Under the pieces are notes generated by a model. That model was not told the DNA's origin. It was given only the letters and a program-made list of their open reading frames with translations, and made no database searches. 51,104 bases of DNA from a virus. Its lineage: Duplodnaviria; Caudoviricetes. The stretch is from IMG/VR virus record IMGVR_UViG_3300009678_000070, positions 1 through 51,104 of that record, one strand, 5' to 3'. This document shows, in pieces, positions 9,801-18,647 of the stretch. The translations under genes and the position numbers were made by a program. Within the stretch, counting starts at the first letter, position 1. Each line of letters begins with the position of its first letter.

Positions 9801-9830
9801 AGGGCTGCGCCTGACGCGGCCCTTTTTTTT
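9801..9830 (+). terminator. intrinsic terminator
   Basis: agggctgcg-cctga-cgcggccct followed by a T run. Confidence 0.8.
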
Positions 9831-9841
9831 GGGAAGCAGGT

Positions 9842-10786
9842 ATGGACATAGCGAAGATCACCGACGCGGTTGCGCGGGCTACCACCGAGAAACTCGCGCC
9901 GCTGCGCAAGGCGCTGTCGCAAGTCACTGACGCGCTGTTCGCGGTCGATGCCAGACTGAGCGCCCTCGAGCAAAGACCGCCGCCGCCAATCGAGCATCGC
10001 GACATGCTCGCGGCCTTGCAGTCAGACCCCGAGTTCTTGCGCGAGATCCTCGTCGATGTGCTGGCAGACATGATCGACAAGGGCGAGGTCAAGGGGCAGC
10101 GGGGCGAAAAGGGCGACGCGGGACCCGCAGGGGAACGTGGCGCACAGGGCCCTGTAGGGGCACAAGGCGAACGAGGGCCTGTAGGGGCACAGGGGGAGCG
10201 GGGTGAGGCGGGCGTCGCAGGGACGCAAGGTGAGAGCGGCACGCAAGGTCCTGTAGGCCCTGCGGGGGAACGTGGGGCACAAGGGGAACGGGGCGAGCCG
10301 GGTGTGGCAGGGACGCAAGGGGAACGAGGCCTGCCGGGCTTTGGCTTGGCAGGCGCGTTCATCAACAAGTCCGGCCACCTGATCCTGACCTTGAGCAACG
10401 GTGAGGCGAAGGATGTTGGCCCGGTCGTTGGTGAGAACGGCATGGACGGATTGGGCGTGGACAACTTCAGTGCCGAATACGATGGCGAACGCGGCATGGT
10501 TCTCAAGTTCCAAGGCGGCGGTATCGTGCGCGAGATTCCGTTGCACTTCCCCATCCCGATACACCGAGGATTCTGGCGCGACGGCACCAAGTCGAAGGCG
10601 GGCGATATGTGGACCGCGGACGGCAGCCTGTGGATCGCACGCTGCGACACGGATCGCAAGCCGTCCTACGACAACCGCGAGCACTGGACGATGGCTGCAC
10701 GCAAGGGTCGCGACGCCGGCGTGCCTGCAAGTACTGAGCCGACACCTGCCAAACCGATCACGCTCGCGGATAGAAGCAGAACATGA
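9842..10786 (+). CDS. portal-adjacent head protein with a collagen-like Gly-X-Y domain
   Basis: coiled-coil N-terminus, 27 contiguous GXY triplets, C-terminal [33 protein letters not shown] domain. Confidence 0.85.
   Translation: MDIAKITDAVARATTEKLAPLRKALSQVTDALFAVDARLSALEQRPPPPIEHRDMLAALQSDPEFLREILVDVLADMIDKGEVKGQRGEKGDAGPAGERGAQGPVGAQGERGPVGAQGERGEAGVAGTQGESGTQGPVGPAGERGAQGERGEPGVAGTQGERGLPGFGLAGAFINKSGHLILTLSNGEAKDVGPVVGENGMDGLGVDNFSAEYDGERGMVLKFQGGGIVREIPLHFPIPIHRGFWRDGTKSKAGDMWTADGSLWIARCDTDRKPSYDNREHWTMAARKGRDAGVPASTEPTPAKPITLADRSRT
10094..10336 (+). repeat. collagen-like (Gly-X-Y)27 coding repeat
   Basis: [21 protein letters not shown] ... GLP. Confidence 0.95.
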
Positions 10787-11211
10787 TTACCGATCTGATC
10801 ACGGTCGAGCAGGCGCGCGCGCACCTGCGCATCGACGATGTGGATTCGCAAGGCGGGCCGGACGACCCGTGGCTGGAAATGGCGATCAGTGCAGTCTCAA
10901 GCGCGATTGCATTGTGGCTCAAGGACGAGTGGCGATTGTACGAAACCCAACTGGATTCGAATGGTGATGTGCTGCTCGACAGCAACGACGAGCCGGTCAC
11001 AGCAACCGACAGCAACGGCGATCCTATCCTCGTGCCTGCGGTTCGCTTGGCGTGCCTGATCGAGTTGTCGAATCAGTACCGATACCGTGAAGGCGAAGGT
11101 CCGAAAATGGAATCGCTGGGTGCCATTGCGTTCAACGCGGCGCACGGTTACGTGCTCGGTCAAGGCGCGACTGCGCTGCTGTCTGCGCTGCGTCGGCCCA
11201 CGGTGAGTTAA
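10783..11211 (+). CDS. head-tail connector (HK97 gp6-like)
   Basis: [33 protein letters not shown]. Confidence 0.85.
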   Translation: MITDLITVEQARAHLRIDDVDSQGGPDDPWLEMAISAVSSAIALWLKDEWRLYETQLDSNGDVLLDSNDEPVTATDSNGDPILVPAVRLACLIELSNQYRYREGEGPKMESLGAIAFNAAHGYVLGQGATALLSALRRPTVS

Positions 11212-11574
11212 GTGAGCGGCGTAGCAGCAGGCGGTCTGCGACACAAGGTCGCACTGCATCAGCCAGTCATTCAGCAGGACCCGCTCACTGGCGAGCAGAT
11301 CGTTTTGTGGGTCACGGTTGCGGACGTTTGGGCGAACGTCGAGCCATTGTCCGGTCGCGAATACTTTTCGTCAGGCGCAGAGCAGTCCGATGTGCGAACC
11401 AAGATCACGATTCGTTACCGCGACGGACTTGGTTCTGACATGCGCATTCTGTTCCGCGGCAAGTTGTATTCGATCTTCACGATCCTGCCGGACAACGAAT
11501 CCGGCATAGAACATCTGACGCTCATGTGCGGCAACGGTGTGCGTCATTACGAGGTCGAGGATCCGAGCGCATGA
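11212..11574 (+). CDS. head closure/stopper protein (SPP1 gp16-like)
   Basis: AGGLRHKVAL, VWANVEPLSGREY, KITIRYR, MRILFRGKLYSI. Confidence 0.9.
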   Translation: MSGVAAGGLRHKVALHQPVIQQDPLTGEQIVLWVTVADVWANVEPLSGREYFSSGAEQSDVRTKITIRYRDGLGSDMRILFRGKLYSIFTILPDNESGIEHLTLMCGNGVRHYEVEDPSA

Positions 11575-12176
11575 GGTGGAACCTGCTTGCGCCGGGGCCG
11601 TCTGCGACGCAGGAACTGGCCGACTGGTTGCTCGGGCGCGCGCCCGCAGGCGTGGTCTGCAACGCTTACGAACTTGCGCCGTGGGCAGACTTCCTTGCAT
11701 CAAGCGATTCAGCGTGGTGGCGTAACTATCCTGATGCCGTGAACTTCGCAGGTCGAAAGTACACCATGCACATCGGTGTGCCGGGAGTCGCGCGCGTGCA
11801 ACTGCCGACCGTCAACAGTGGAGTGCTTGCACTGGTACTGGCTCGTCGATCAGGCGCAACCGAGATTCACTTGCACGGATTTGACTTCGGCCTCGGGCAC
11901 TTCTTCGGCGACTACAAAACGCACAAGAAGAACATCAAGACCGGACTGAAAAATACTACAGCCGACAAACGGCAGACGCACCAAACGCAGTTCAGACAAT
12001 GGGCGCATAAGTATCCGAATGTGCGAGTCGTGAACTGCACGCCGGGATCACTCTTGAAAGGTTTTGAATATGGCAGCGACGAAAACATATTCCGGGCGCA
12101 GGGCTTCGCAGAACGAACAGGAGTTGAGCGCATTCATAGCGCTACTGCGCGAGCGGAATGTGCGACGGTATCTTGA
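11571..12176 (+). CDS. putative glycosyltransferase (Maf/GT29-like Rossmann fold)
   Basis: LLAPGPS, VCNAY, FLASSD..WW, NSGVLAL..A..SGATEIHLHGFDF..HFFG, VVNCTPGSLL. Confidence 0.6.
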   Translation: MRWNLLAPGPSATQELADWLLGRAPAGVVCNAYELAPWADFLASSDSAWWRNYPDAVNFAGRKYTMHIGVPGVARVQLPTVNSGVLALVLARRSGATEIHLHGFDFGLGHFFGDYKTHKKNIKTGLKNTTADKRQTHQTQFRQWAHKYPNVRVVNCTPGSLLKGFEYGSDENIFRAQGFAERTGVERIHSATARAECATVS

Positions 12177-12657
12177 GATCGGTGCGCGCCACGGAGACAC
12201 CTTTCACCAAGTGATGCGGGCGCTGCCTGCGGGCAGTACAGGAGTGGCGGTCGATCTGCCCGGCGCTTTGTGGGGTGATAAGAAATCGTCCGTGTGCCTG
12301 CGTCGCGCGGTCGCGAACTTGGGACATCGCGGCTACCATTGCAGTTGCCTGTTCGGCGATTCGCATACGCAAGCCACCAAGAAACTGATCGTAGGTCGCG
12401 GCCCTTATGACGCAATCCTGATCGACGGCGATCACACCTTGGACGGTGTGACGCGCGACTGGCAACTGTACGGAGAACTGGCACCGATAGTTGCGTTCCA
12501 TGACATTGCTGGCACGGGTCAAGCAGAAAAGGTAAACGGCAATCCGGTCGAGGTTCCGATCCTTTGGGAAAATATAAAAAAGCATCACCGAAACTTGGAG
12601 TTCGTCGCCAGCGATTCGCGCATGGGCATCGGCGTGGTATGCAACTATATTTCGTAA
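12070..12657 (+). CDS. class I SAM-dependent methyltransferase (Methyltransf_24-like)
   Basis: YLEIGARHGDT, GVAVD, GDS, DAILIDGDH, IVAFHD. Confidence 0.85.
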   Translation: MAATKTYSGRRASQNEQELSAFIALLRERNVRRYLEIGARHGDTFHQVMRALPAGSTGVAVDLPGALWGDKKSSVCLRRAVANLGHRGYHCSCLFGDSHTQATKKLIVGRGPYDAILIDGDHTLDGVTRDWQLYGELAPIVAFHDIAGTGQAEKVNGNPVEVPILWENIKKHHRNLEFVASDSRMGIGVVCNYIS

Positions 12658-13430
12658 ACGGTCGGCACCAACTCGACGCGAAGGCAGCACTCATCGAAGG
12701 ATTGGATCGGCACAATGCCTTGTCGCTCGGTCCGAACGTGACGGCTTGTTGGAGTTGGCGCACAGGGAAACGATTCCGCAGGATGGGTCGCGACGTATTG
12801 ATTCTTGAACGCGGCTACATCGGTGATCGATTTTCGTATACGTCTATCGGTTGGAATGGTCTGAACGGATACGCGCGCTTTCCACATTACGCCGACGATG
12901 GCGGCGATCGATTCTCCCGAATGGGCGTTGAGATTGAGGACTGGAATCCGCACGGCGAATACGTGTTACTGATCGGGCAGGTCAAAGGCGATGCGTCATT
13001 GCGCGGGCAGAATCTTCGTCACTGGTATGCCGATACAGCCAGACACGCGCGCACCGTCTACAACTTGCCCGTTCGATTCAGACCGCACCCGGAAGAATTG
13101 AAACGCGGACACAGCACAACGGTCGCAGGTTGCGAAACCGATCTCGGTAAATTGCGCGATGCGCTTATGGGTGCGGCGGTCGTGGTGACGTTCAATTCGA
13201 ATACCGCAGTCGAGTCTGTACTCGCTGGCAAGCCTACTGTCTGCATGGATGCGGGTTCAATGGCGTGGACAGTGTGCGCGCATTCGTTAGGCGACGCGCC
13301 CCCGCGCGCGCGCGAGGCGTGGGCGCACGCGCTCGCGTGGAAGCAATGGACACTGGACGAGATACGCAATGGCGACGCGCTGATCGGCATAGTCAACGAA
13401 CTGAAACACGGAGCGCTCCACTATGGCTAG
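12639..13430 (+). CDS. putative GT-B glycosyltransferase, KpsS/KpsC capsule-synthesis-like
   Basis: LILERGY, LLIGQVKGDASL, VRFRPHP, VVTFNSNTAVESVLAGKP, QWTLDEIRNG. Confidence 0.7.
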   Translation: MQLYFVNGRHQLDAKAALIEGLDRHNALSLGPNVTACWSWRTGKRFRRMGRDVLILERGYIGDRFSYTSIGWNGLNGYARFPHYADDGGDRFSRMGVEIEDWNPHGEYVLLIGQVKGDASLRGQNLRHWYADTARHARTVYNLPVRFRPHPEELKRGHSTTVAGCETDLGKLRDALMGAAVVVTFNSNTAVESVLAGKPTVCMDAGSMAWTVCAHSLGDAPPRAREAWAHALAWKQWTLDEIRNGDALIGIVNELKHGALHYG

Positions 13431-13950
13431 TGACGTATTCGATGTGAAGGTAGAAGGCATCGAGAAAATCGTAAAGCGTCTGAAGTCCTTGGACAGCAAA
13501 AAAGCCAAGAGTGCGATGCGTTCATCGGTGCGCGTCGGCGCGAATGAGATCAAGAAACTTGCCGTGCAGTTTGTGCGACCGTCTGACAATCCTGCGACCT
13601 ACGAAAACATTGCGAAGAACATAATCGCTAAGACAGGCGGCGCACGATCCGAGAAAAAGAATGGCGGCTTGGTCATGCGCATAGGCGTTATGGGTGGCGC
13701 AAAGCGTTATGTTCAGAACAAGGGCAACGTTCGCAAGCATAGAGTTGGCAAGAAATATAAGACGCTTGGTTCCGAGTTTAATCCCGGCGGCGATACTTAC
13801 TACTGGCGCTTCGTTGAGTTCGGTACGTCAAAGAATTACGCGCGGCCTTTCATGCGCAATGCAGCGGCACAAGGTGCGCAGCCCGCGATCAATGCAATAA
13901 CCCGAGACTTGCCGAAAAAGATTGACCGCGAACTTGCGAAGGTCAACTGA
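13423..13950 (+). CDS. HK97 gp10-family neck/tail component
   Basis: YYWRFVEFGTSK..ARPFMRNA. Confidence 0.9.
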   Translation: MASDVFDVKVEGIEKIVKRLKSLDSKKAKSAMRSSVRVGANEIKKLAVQFVRPSDNPATYENIAKNIIAKTGGARSEKKNGGLVMRIGVMGGAKRYVQNKGNVRKHRVGKKYKTLGSEFNPGGDTYYWRFVEFGTSKNYARPFMRNAAAQGAQPAINAITRDLPKKIDRELAKVN

Positions 13951-14318
13951 TGTATCCGAACATCTTCGAGATCGTATCGGCTGACGCTGGCGTGATTGCC
14001 GCACTCGGTCCCGATCCGATTCGCTTCTGGCCTTTCGGGTTAGCGCCGCAGGCAGAGACAAGACCTTACGCTGTGCATCAAGCCGTATTCGGCAGCCCGG
14101 AAAATAGTTTGTCATGCGTGCCCGACATCGATCACTGCGCGGTGCAGGTGGACGTATACGCGCGCAGTGTAACCGAGACACGCACCGTTGCGGCCGCGGT
14201 TCGCGATGCACTGGAATTGGATTGCCACATGATTGCGCACAATGGCGAATCGTGGGAGCAGGATACTGGATTATTCAGAGTTGGAATGACCTTCGAGTTC
14301 TGGACACCTCGGGGTTAG
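13950..14318 (+). CDS. tail terminator/completion protein (DUF3168-like)
   Basis: FGLAPQ..RPYAV, VQVDVYA, VRDALE; position before the tail tube gene. Confidence 0.85.
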   Translation: MYPNIFEIVSADAGVIAALGPDPIRFWPFGLAPQAETRPYAVHQAVFGSPENSLSCVPDIDHCAVQVDVYARSVTETRTVAAAVRDALELDCHMIAHNGESWEQDTGLFRVGMTFEFWTPRG

Positions 14319-14353
14319 AAGGGCATACCGCTGCGATTGCAGCATTCACTTTG

Positions 14354-14378
14354 AACCGGCCTCAGTGCCGGTTTTTTT
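14354..14378 (+). terminator. intrinsic terminator-like hairpin before the tail tube gene
   Basis: aaccggc-ctcagt-gccggtt followed by a T run. Confidence 0.65.
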
Positions 14379-14390
14379 ATGGAGACTCAG

Positions 14391-14873
14391 ATGGCAGTAA
14401 AGACACAAGGCACGCAGTTGTTCGCAATCGATCCGGACACTGGTGACGTAATCACAGTCGGTTGCCCGACTTCAATCGATGGCATCGATACCGCTATTGA
14501 ACAGATCGAAACGACATGCCTTGACTCGCTCGCTCGCGAGTATGTCGCAGGTATGCCAACACCGGGAACGGCCACGTTCGCGATCAATACCGATCCGCAA
14601 GATCCGTCGCATGTACGCCTGCACGAACTCAAGATCGAAGGCGCTCTCATGCAGTGGGCTGTCGGTTGGTCAGACGGCACTTCGCTTCCGACATCGAACC
14701 TCGGTTCGGATGCAGAGTACGCGTGGGCCACGCCGCCGACCTCGCGCTCGTGGATTCTGTTCGAAGGCTTCATGAATTCCTTCCCGTTCACCTTTGCACT
14801 GAACTCTGTAGTGCAATCGACGGTTGGCATTCAGGTCTCCGGCGAGCCACAATTCGTGCCGAAGGTAAGTTAA
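14391..14873 (+). CDS. major tail tube protein
   Basis: KTQGTQLF, EQIETTCLDS..REYVAGMPTPG, WAVGWSDG, STVGIQVSG; RBS ggag. Confidence 0.9.
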   Translation: MAVKTQGTQLFAIDPDTGDVITVGCPTSIDGIDTAIEQIETTCLDSLAREYVAGMPTPGTATFAINTDPQDPSHVRLHELKIEGALMQWAVGWSDGTSLPTSNLGSDAEYAWATPPTSRSWILFEGFMNSFPFTFALNSVVQSTVGIQVSGEPQFVPKVS

Positions 14874-14960
14874 CGGCGATACCACCAATCTATGGAGGCT
14901 GTCTGTGGGCGTACTCGCCGTCGATTCCCGGGCCTCCACCTTTAACGGCGAGGAAGTGCT

Positions 14961-15362
14961 ATGGATATTTCAGAACTGCAAGCAATGGGTGCGTTCGTTT
15001 CGAAGAAACCGGTCAAGCGAACCATCGAAGTCACGAAGCCTGTTCTCGTTCCGGCCGAGCAATGGCTCGATCCGAGCGAGCCAGAGTTCACTGGCGAAAC
15101 GGAAACCGTGGACATGGATGTCCATTTTCGTTTGCTGTCGTTTGCCGATCAACTCGCGGCATCGAAGGCCGATGATGGCGACCGGGAACTCGTCATGTTG
15201 CAGCGCATGATCGCAACGCCAGACGGTGCTCCGGTATTCGAATCGTTGGATCAGGTTCGCTCGCTGGACAACTGGCTGGTGCTTCCGCTCATGCAGGCGG
15301 CGGGCGAACTGTTGGGAAAAAACCAGAACTCGAAACCGGCGACGAGTTCTGGATCGAGTTAA
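14961..15362 (+). CDS. tail assembly chaperone (gpG-like)
   Basis: lies between tail tube and tape measure; slippery site near the 3' end. Confidence 0.8.
   Translation: MDISELQAMGAFVSKKPVKRTIEVTKPVLVPAEQWLDPSEPEFTGETETVDMDVHFRLLSFADQLAASKADDGDRELVMLQRMIATPDGAPVFESLDQVRSLDNWLVLPLMQAAGELLGKNQNSKPATSSGSS
15314..15323 (+). other. programmed -1 ribosomal frameshift site G GGA AAA AAC
   Basis: -1 frame reads KPELETGDEFWIELTLALGGRTPDEWQAAL and runs into ORF 15407-15646 without a stop. Confidence 0.85.
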
Positions 15363-15646
15363 CGCTGGCGCTCGGCGGGCGCACGCCTGACGAGTGGCAG
15401 GCGGCGTTGAGTGTCGAGTGGGTGAACAAGTTCATGCTGTATCGCGACAAGCATGGACCGTTCAACGCATCGTACCGAACTGAACTTGCAATCGCGCGCG
15501 CGGTGTCGCCGTTCTTTAAGAACGTCACCCCTCGCGACCTGCTACTGTGGCCGGTGATCGAGCCTGTCGAAGCCGATGTCAAGGACGTTTTCGCAATGAT
15601 TAAAAGTCTAGCAACCAAGCCGAAGAGCAAGGCCAATGGCAAGTAG
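15320..15646 (+). CDS. gpT-like frameshifted extension of the tail chaperone
   Basis: open -1 frame from the slippery site to 15646; EFWIEL..LGGRT..E..Y..KHGPFN pattern. Confidence 0.8.
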   Translation, partial: KPELETGDEFWIELTLALGGRTPDEWQAALSVEWVNKFMLYRDKHGPFNASYRTELAIARAVSPFFKNVTPRDLLLWPVIEPVEADVKDVFAMIKSLATKPKSKANGK

Positions 15647-18600
15647 AAACATCGGCACATTGTCAGTCGATCTGGTACTCAAGGCGGCTGGCTTTGTGAA
15701 AGGCTTGGACGCGGCTGGCCGTGCCGCAGGCAAGCAATCGAAGTCGATGGGCGCGCAGTTCGAATCGCTGGCGAAGAAACTCGCGGCGTTTGGAACTGCT
15801 GCTGCGACAGGCCTTGCGTACTTCACCAAGCAGGCGATTGACGCGCAGGACAAGATTCGAGACTTGTCGAAATCCACCGGCGCGTCCACGGAGTTCTTGT
15901 CCGAGATTAAGTCGGCAGCCGAATTGTCAGGCACAAGTCTCGATGCTGTTGCGAATAGTTTCACCAAGATGTCCAAGGCGGCAGTCGCATCAATCGAGAA
16001 CATCACCGGACCAGCAGCGAACGCATTCAAGAAACTCGGTGTTGAAGTTCAGAATGCGGACGGCACTGTCAAGGATTTGGAAACGCTGTTCCTTGAAACG
16101 TCCGACGCAGTTGCAGGCTTCGAGGATGGTGTTGGCAAGACCGCAGTAGTCACCGCGATCTTCGGCAAGAGTGCTGCGCAACTGATTCCGTTGCTCAACG
16201 CAGGCGCAGACGGCCTTCGCCAGATGCAACAGGAAGCAGAGGAATGGGGCCTCACTGTAAGCAAGGAATCCTCTGACGCAGCGGACGAGTTCAACGACAA
16301 CCTGACCAAGATCGGATACGCGCGACAGGGTTTCGTCAATCGATTTGCCAGTGCGGTTCTGCCTACGCTTGCTGAATTCTCAGGCGAGATAGTTGCCAGT
16401 CTCAAGGAAGGTCTGAAGGACAGCGGCGACGCCATTATCTTTTGGGGCGAACTCGTCACCGGCGTGCTCGCCGTTGTGCTGGATAGTTTTCGAGCGGGGT
16501 TTTCGGTACTCAAGTTCGGCTTCGAAACGGTCGGCAAAACTGCTGGCGCAGGCATGGCAAAGTTCGTCGCTCAGATCACTGGCAACTTCGACGATGCTGC
16601 GCGCATACAGGAGGAATGGGAAGCGGACATCGCCGATGGCCTCGACGATCTCGTCAACGATCCGAACCTCGGCAAGTATCAGCGCATATGGGAGGACATG
16701 AAAGACGGCGTGCGCAACTTCGGCGCTGCCATTGAAGAAATAGATTTATCAGAACTGCCGAAACGCAAACTGACATTCGTTGACGAAGGCGCCGCACAAA
16801 AACTCCAAACGGAATCCGCAAGCGCGCTCGCAACCATCCAGAATTTGATCACTGGTATAGAGCAGCAAGCGGCGACGATGGACGCGTCGCAACTTGAGAC
16901 GATGGAATACAGTCTTGCGACTGGCGAACTTGCTCGCACCTTCGAAGCGGCAGGCGCAGCGGCCGCACTTGCTGGCGTTGATCTTGAAGATTATCGCGAA
17001 CGGCTTTTGGAGAGTGCAGCAGCGCAAGACGAAATGGCCCGCGCTTCTAAGGCTGCCGCGGAGGCGTCAGCGGCAGTTGCGACGATGCAGTCAGAAGCGG
17101 CTGCAATGACGGAACGAAACCTGACTCCGTTAGAAAGAATGAACGAAGCACTCGCGGACGTTGAGCAAAAGCGCAACTCGATTGACGCGCTTTCAGGCGA
17201 ACCGCTGATAAGCGCCGAGACAGCCGAGCGCGAAATTCTCGCCATACAAAAGTCCTACGAGGATGCGATACGCGGCGTCAATACGTTTGCTGAACGCGCC
17301 AGCGAGAACATACAGGACAGCATTGCCGATGGACTTATAAACGGCTTCGACGATGGCGCGAAAGGAATGCTTGAGAGTTTCGGGAAACTCATTCAGGAGA
17401 TTCTTGCGCAAGCGGTAGCCGCCGACATTGCCAAAGCCTTGTTCGGTGGCGGTGGCGTGAATTCTGGCGGCGGGTTGTTTGGGTTCATAGGTGATCTGTT
17501 CAGACGCGAGAAAGGTGGACCGGTCAGTGCTGGAACAACCTACGTTGTAGGTGAACGCGGACCTGAACTGTTCACGAAAAATGTCAGAGCCTTTCACTCA
17601 AACGTTTCTGACTTGGTTCGCAACAGGTTCGGTGATCAAAACGTTTCGACAGTGAACAGGCGCGGGCCGGATTTGTTCACGCAGAATGTAGACCAGTCGA
17701 TCAGTTCGTTTGCTGAATTCATTCGTCATCTGTTCGGCGATAGCAGCGTGTCTATCGTTGGCGCGCGCGGGCCTCAACTCCTGAAGCCTTTGGTCAGCGG
17801 GTCGATCATTCCGAACAACGTACTGGAACGCGTGCATGAACTGTTCGAACGTACCGAAGTCTCGAAAGCCACGAGCCGTCTAGCGACAGACACTTCGCAC
17901 GAATCATTGCAGGATCGCATCACGCAGTTGCGTGAATTGTTTAGTCAGCGTGAGCAAGTTTCAATCGCCAGCAATCAGACACACGGCGAACACAGACACG
18001 AGTCGTCCCTGATCGAACGGGTCAGAGAGTGGCGTGAAATAATAAAGGATCACATGACCCACTTTATGCCGAGCCTGAATGCGTCGATACTGTTTCGCAG
18101 TCTTGGCTTTGACTTCGGTGGCGGTCGCGCATCGGGCGGTCCTGTATCGCCGGGCACTGTCTACCTCGTCGGCGAGCGCGGCCCTGAGTTGTTCACTGCG
18201 CCTGCCAGCGGTCGAATCATTCCCAATGCGCTGGTGCCATCGGTCGTCAAGTCAACCAGTAGCGAACGCAACGAACACAACCAGCGCAGCGAGGTACGTT
18301 TCGTCGAACAGGTTAAGCGACTGCACGAATCTTTCGTAAAAGGCAGCGCGGGCGTTAACATCATGCAAAGCCTGTTTGGCTTCGGCGGGTTTCGCGCTGC
18401 CGGTGGCATGGTGTCAGGCGGCCGCACCTACATGGTCGGCGAACGCGGTGGCGAGTTGTTCATGCCGAACCTCAACGCTGGCCTGCCCACTTCTGCCAAT
18501 GCAGGTCCGGTAGTGAATATCACGCAAGTGAATAACATCGAAGGCTCTAACCTTGGACCGGAACAGATGGTCGCGATCTTGGACGAGAACAACAAGAAAC

Positions 18601-18647
18601 TGAAAGGCGAATTCCTGCAAGAACTGCGGCGCGGGACGTATTCATGA
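15636..18647 (+). CDS. tape measure protein
   Basis: 1003 aa, Ala-rich and helical; IGTLSVDL start; C-terminal GGPV..G..Y.VGERGPELF motifs. Confidence 0.93.
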   Translation: MASRNIGTLSVDLVLKAAGFVKGLDAAGRAAGKQSKSMGAQFESLAKKLAAFGTAAATGLAYFTKQAIDAQDKIRDLSKSTGASTEFLSEIKSAAELSGTSLDAVANSFTKMSKAAVASIENITGPAANAFKKLGVEVQNADGTVKDLETLFLETSDAVAGFEDGVGKTAVVTAIFGKSAAQLIPLLNAGADGLRQMQQEAEEWGLTVSKESSDAADEFNDNLTKIGYARQGFVNRFASAVLPTLAEFSGEIVASLKEGLKDSGDAIIFWGELVTGVLAVVLDSFRAGFSVLKFGFETVGKTAGAGMAKFVAQITGNFDDAARIQEEWEADIADGLDDLVNDPNLGKYQRIWEDMKDGVRNFGAAIEEIDLSELPKRKLTFVDEGAAQKLQTESASALATIQNLITGIEQQAATMDASQLETMEYSLATGELARTFEAAGAAAALAGVDLEDYRERLLESAAAQDEMARASKAAAEASAAVATMQSEAAAMTERNLTPLERMNEALADVEQKRNSIDALSGEPLISAETAEREILAIQKSYEDAIRGVNTFAERASENIQDSIADGLINGFDDGAKGMLESFGKLIQEILAQAVAADIAKALFGGGGVNSGGGLFGFIGDLFRREKGGPVSAGTTYVVGERGPELFTKNVRAFHSNVSDLVRNRFGDQNVSTVNRRGPDLFTQNVDQSISSFAEFIRHLFGDSSVSIVGARGPQLLKPLVSGSIIPNNVLERVHELFERTEVSKATSRLATDTSHESLQDRITQLRELFSQREQVSIASNQTHGEHRHESSLIERVREWREIIKDHMTHFMPSLNASILFRSLGFDFGGGRASGGPVSPGTVYLVGERGPELFTAPASGRIIPNALVPSVVKSTSSERNEHNQRSEVRFVEQVKRLHESFVKGSAGVNIMQSLFGFGGFRAAGGMVSGGRTYMVGERGGELFMPNLNAGLPTSANAGPVVNITQVNNIEGSNLGPEQMVAILDENNKKLKGEFLQELRRGTYS

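Noticed and set aside
9796-10684. Long antisense ORFs (287 and 220 aa) over the collagen gene, and similar shadow ORFs elsewhere
   Set aside because: Expected by-products of GC-rich repetitive coding on the opposite strand; no RBS or recognisable motifs.
12070-12657. DNA methyltransferase
   Set aside because: Motifs (LEIG, IDGDH, FHD) fit small-molecule/glycan O-methyltransferases; no DPPY/NPPY or PC catalytic motif.
13300-13320. Alternating CG runs (cgcgcgcgcg) here and elsewhere as functional Z-DNA elements
   Set aside because: They mostly lie in Ala/Arg codons of a GC-rich genome and show no positional pattern.
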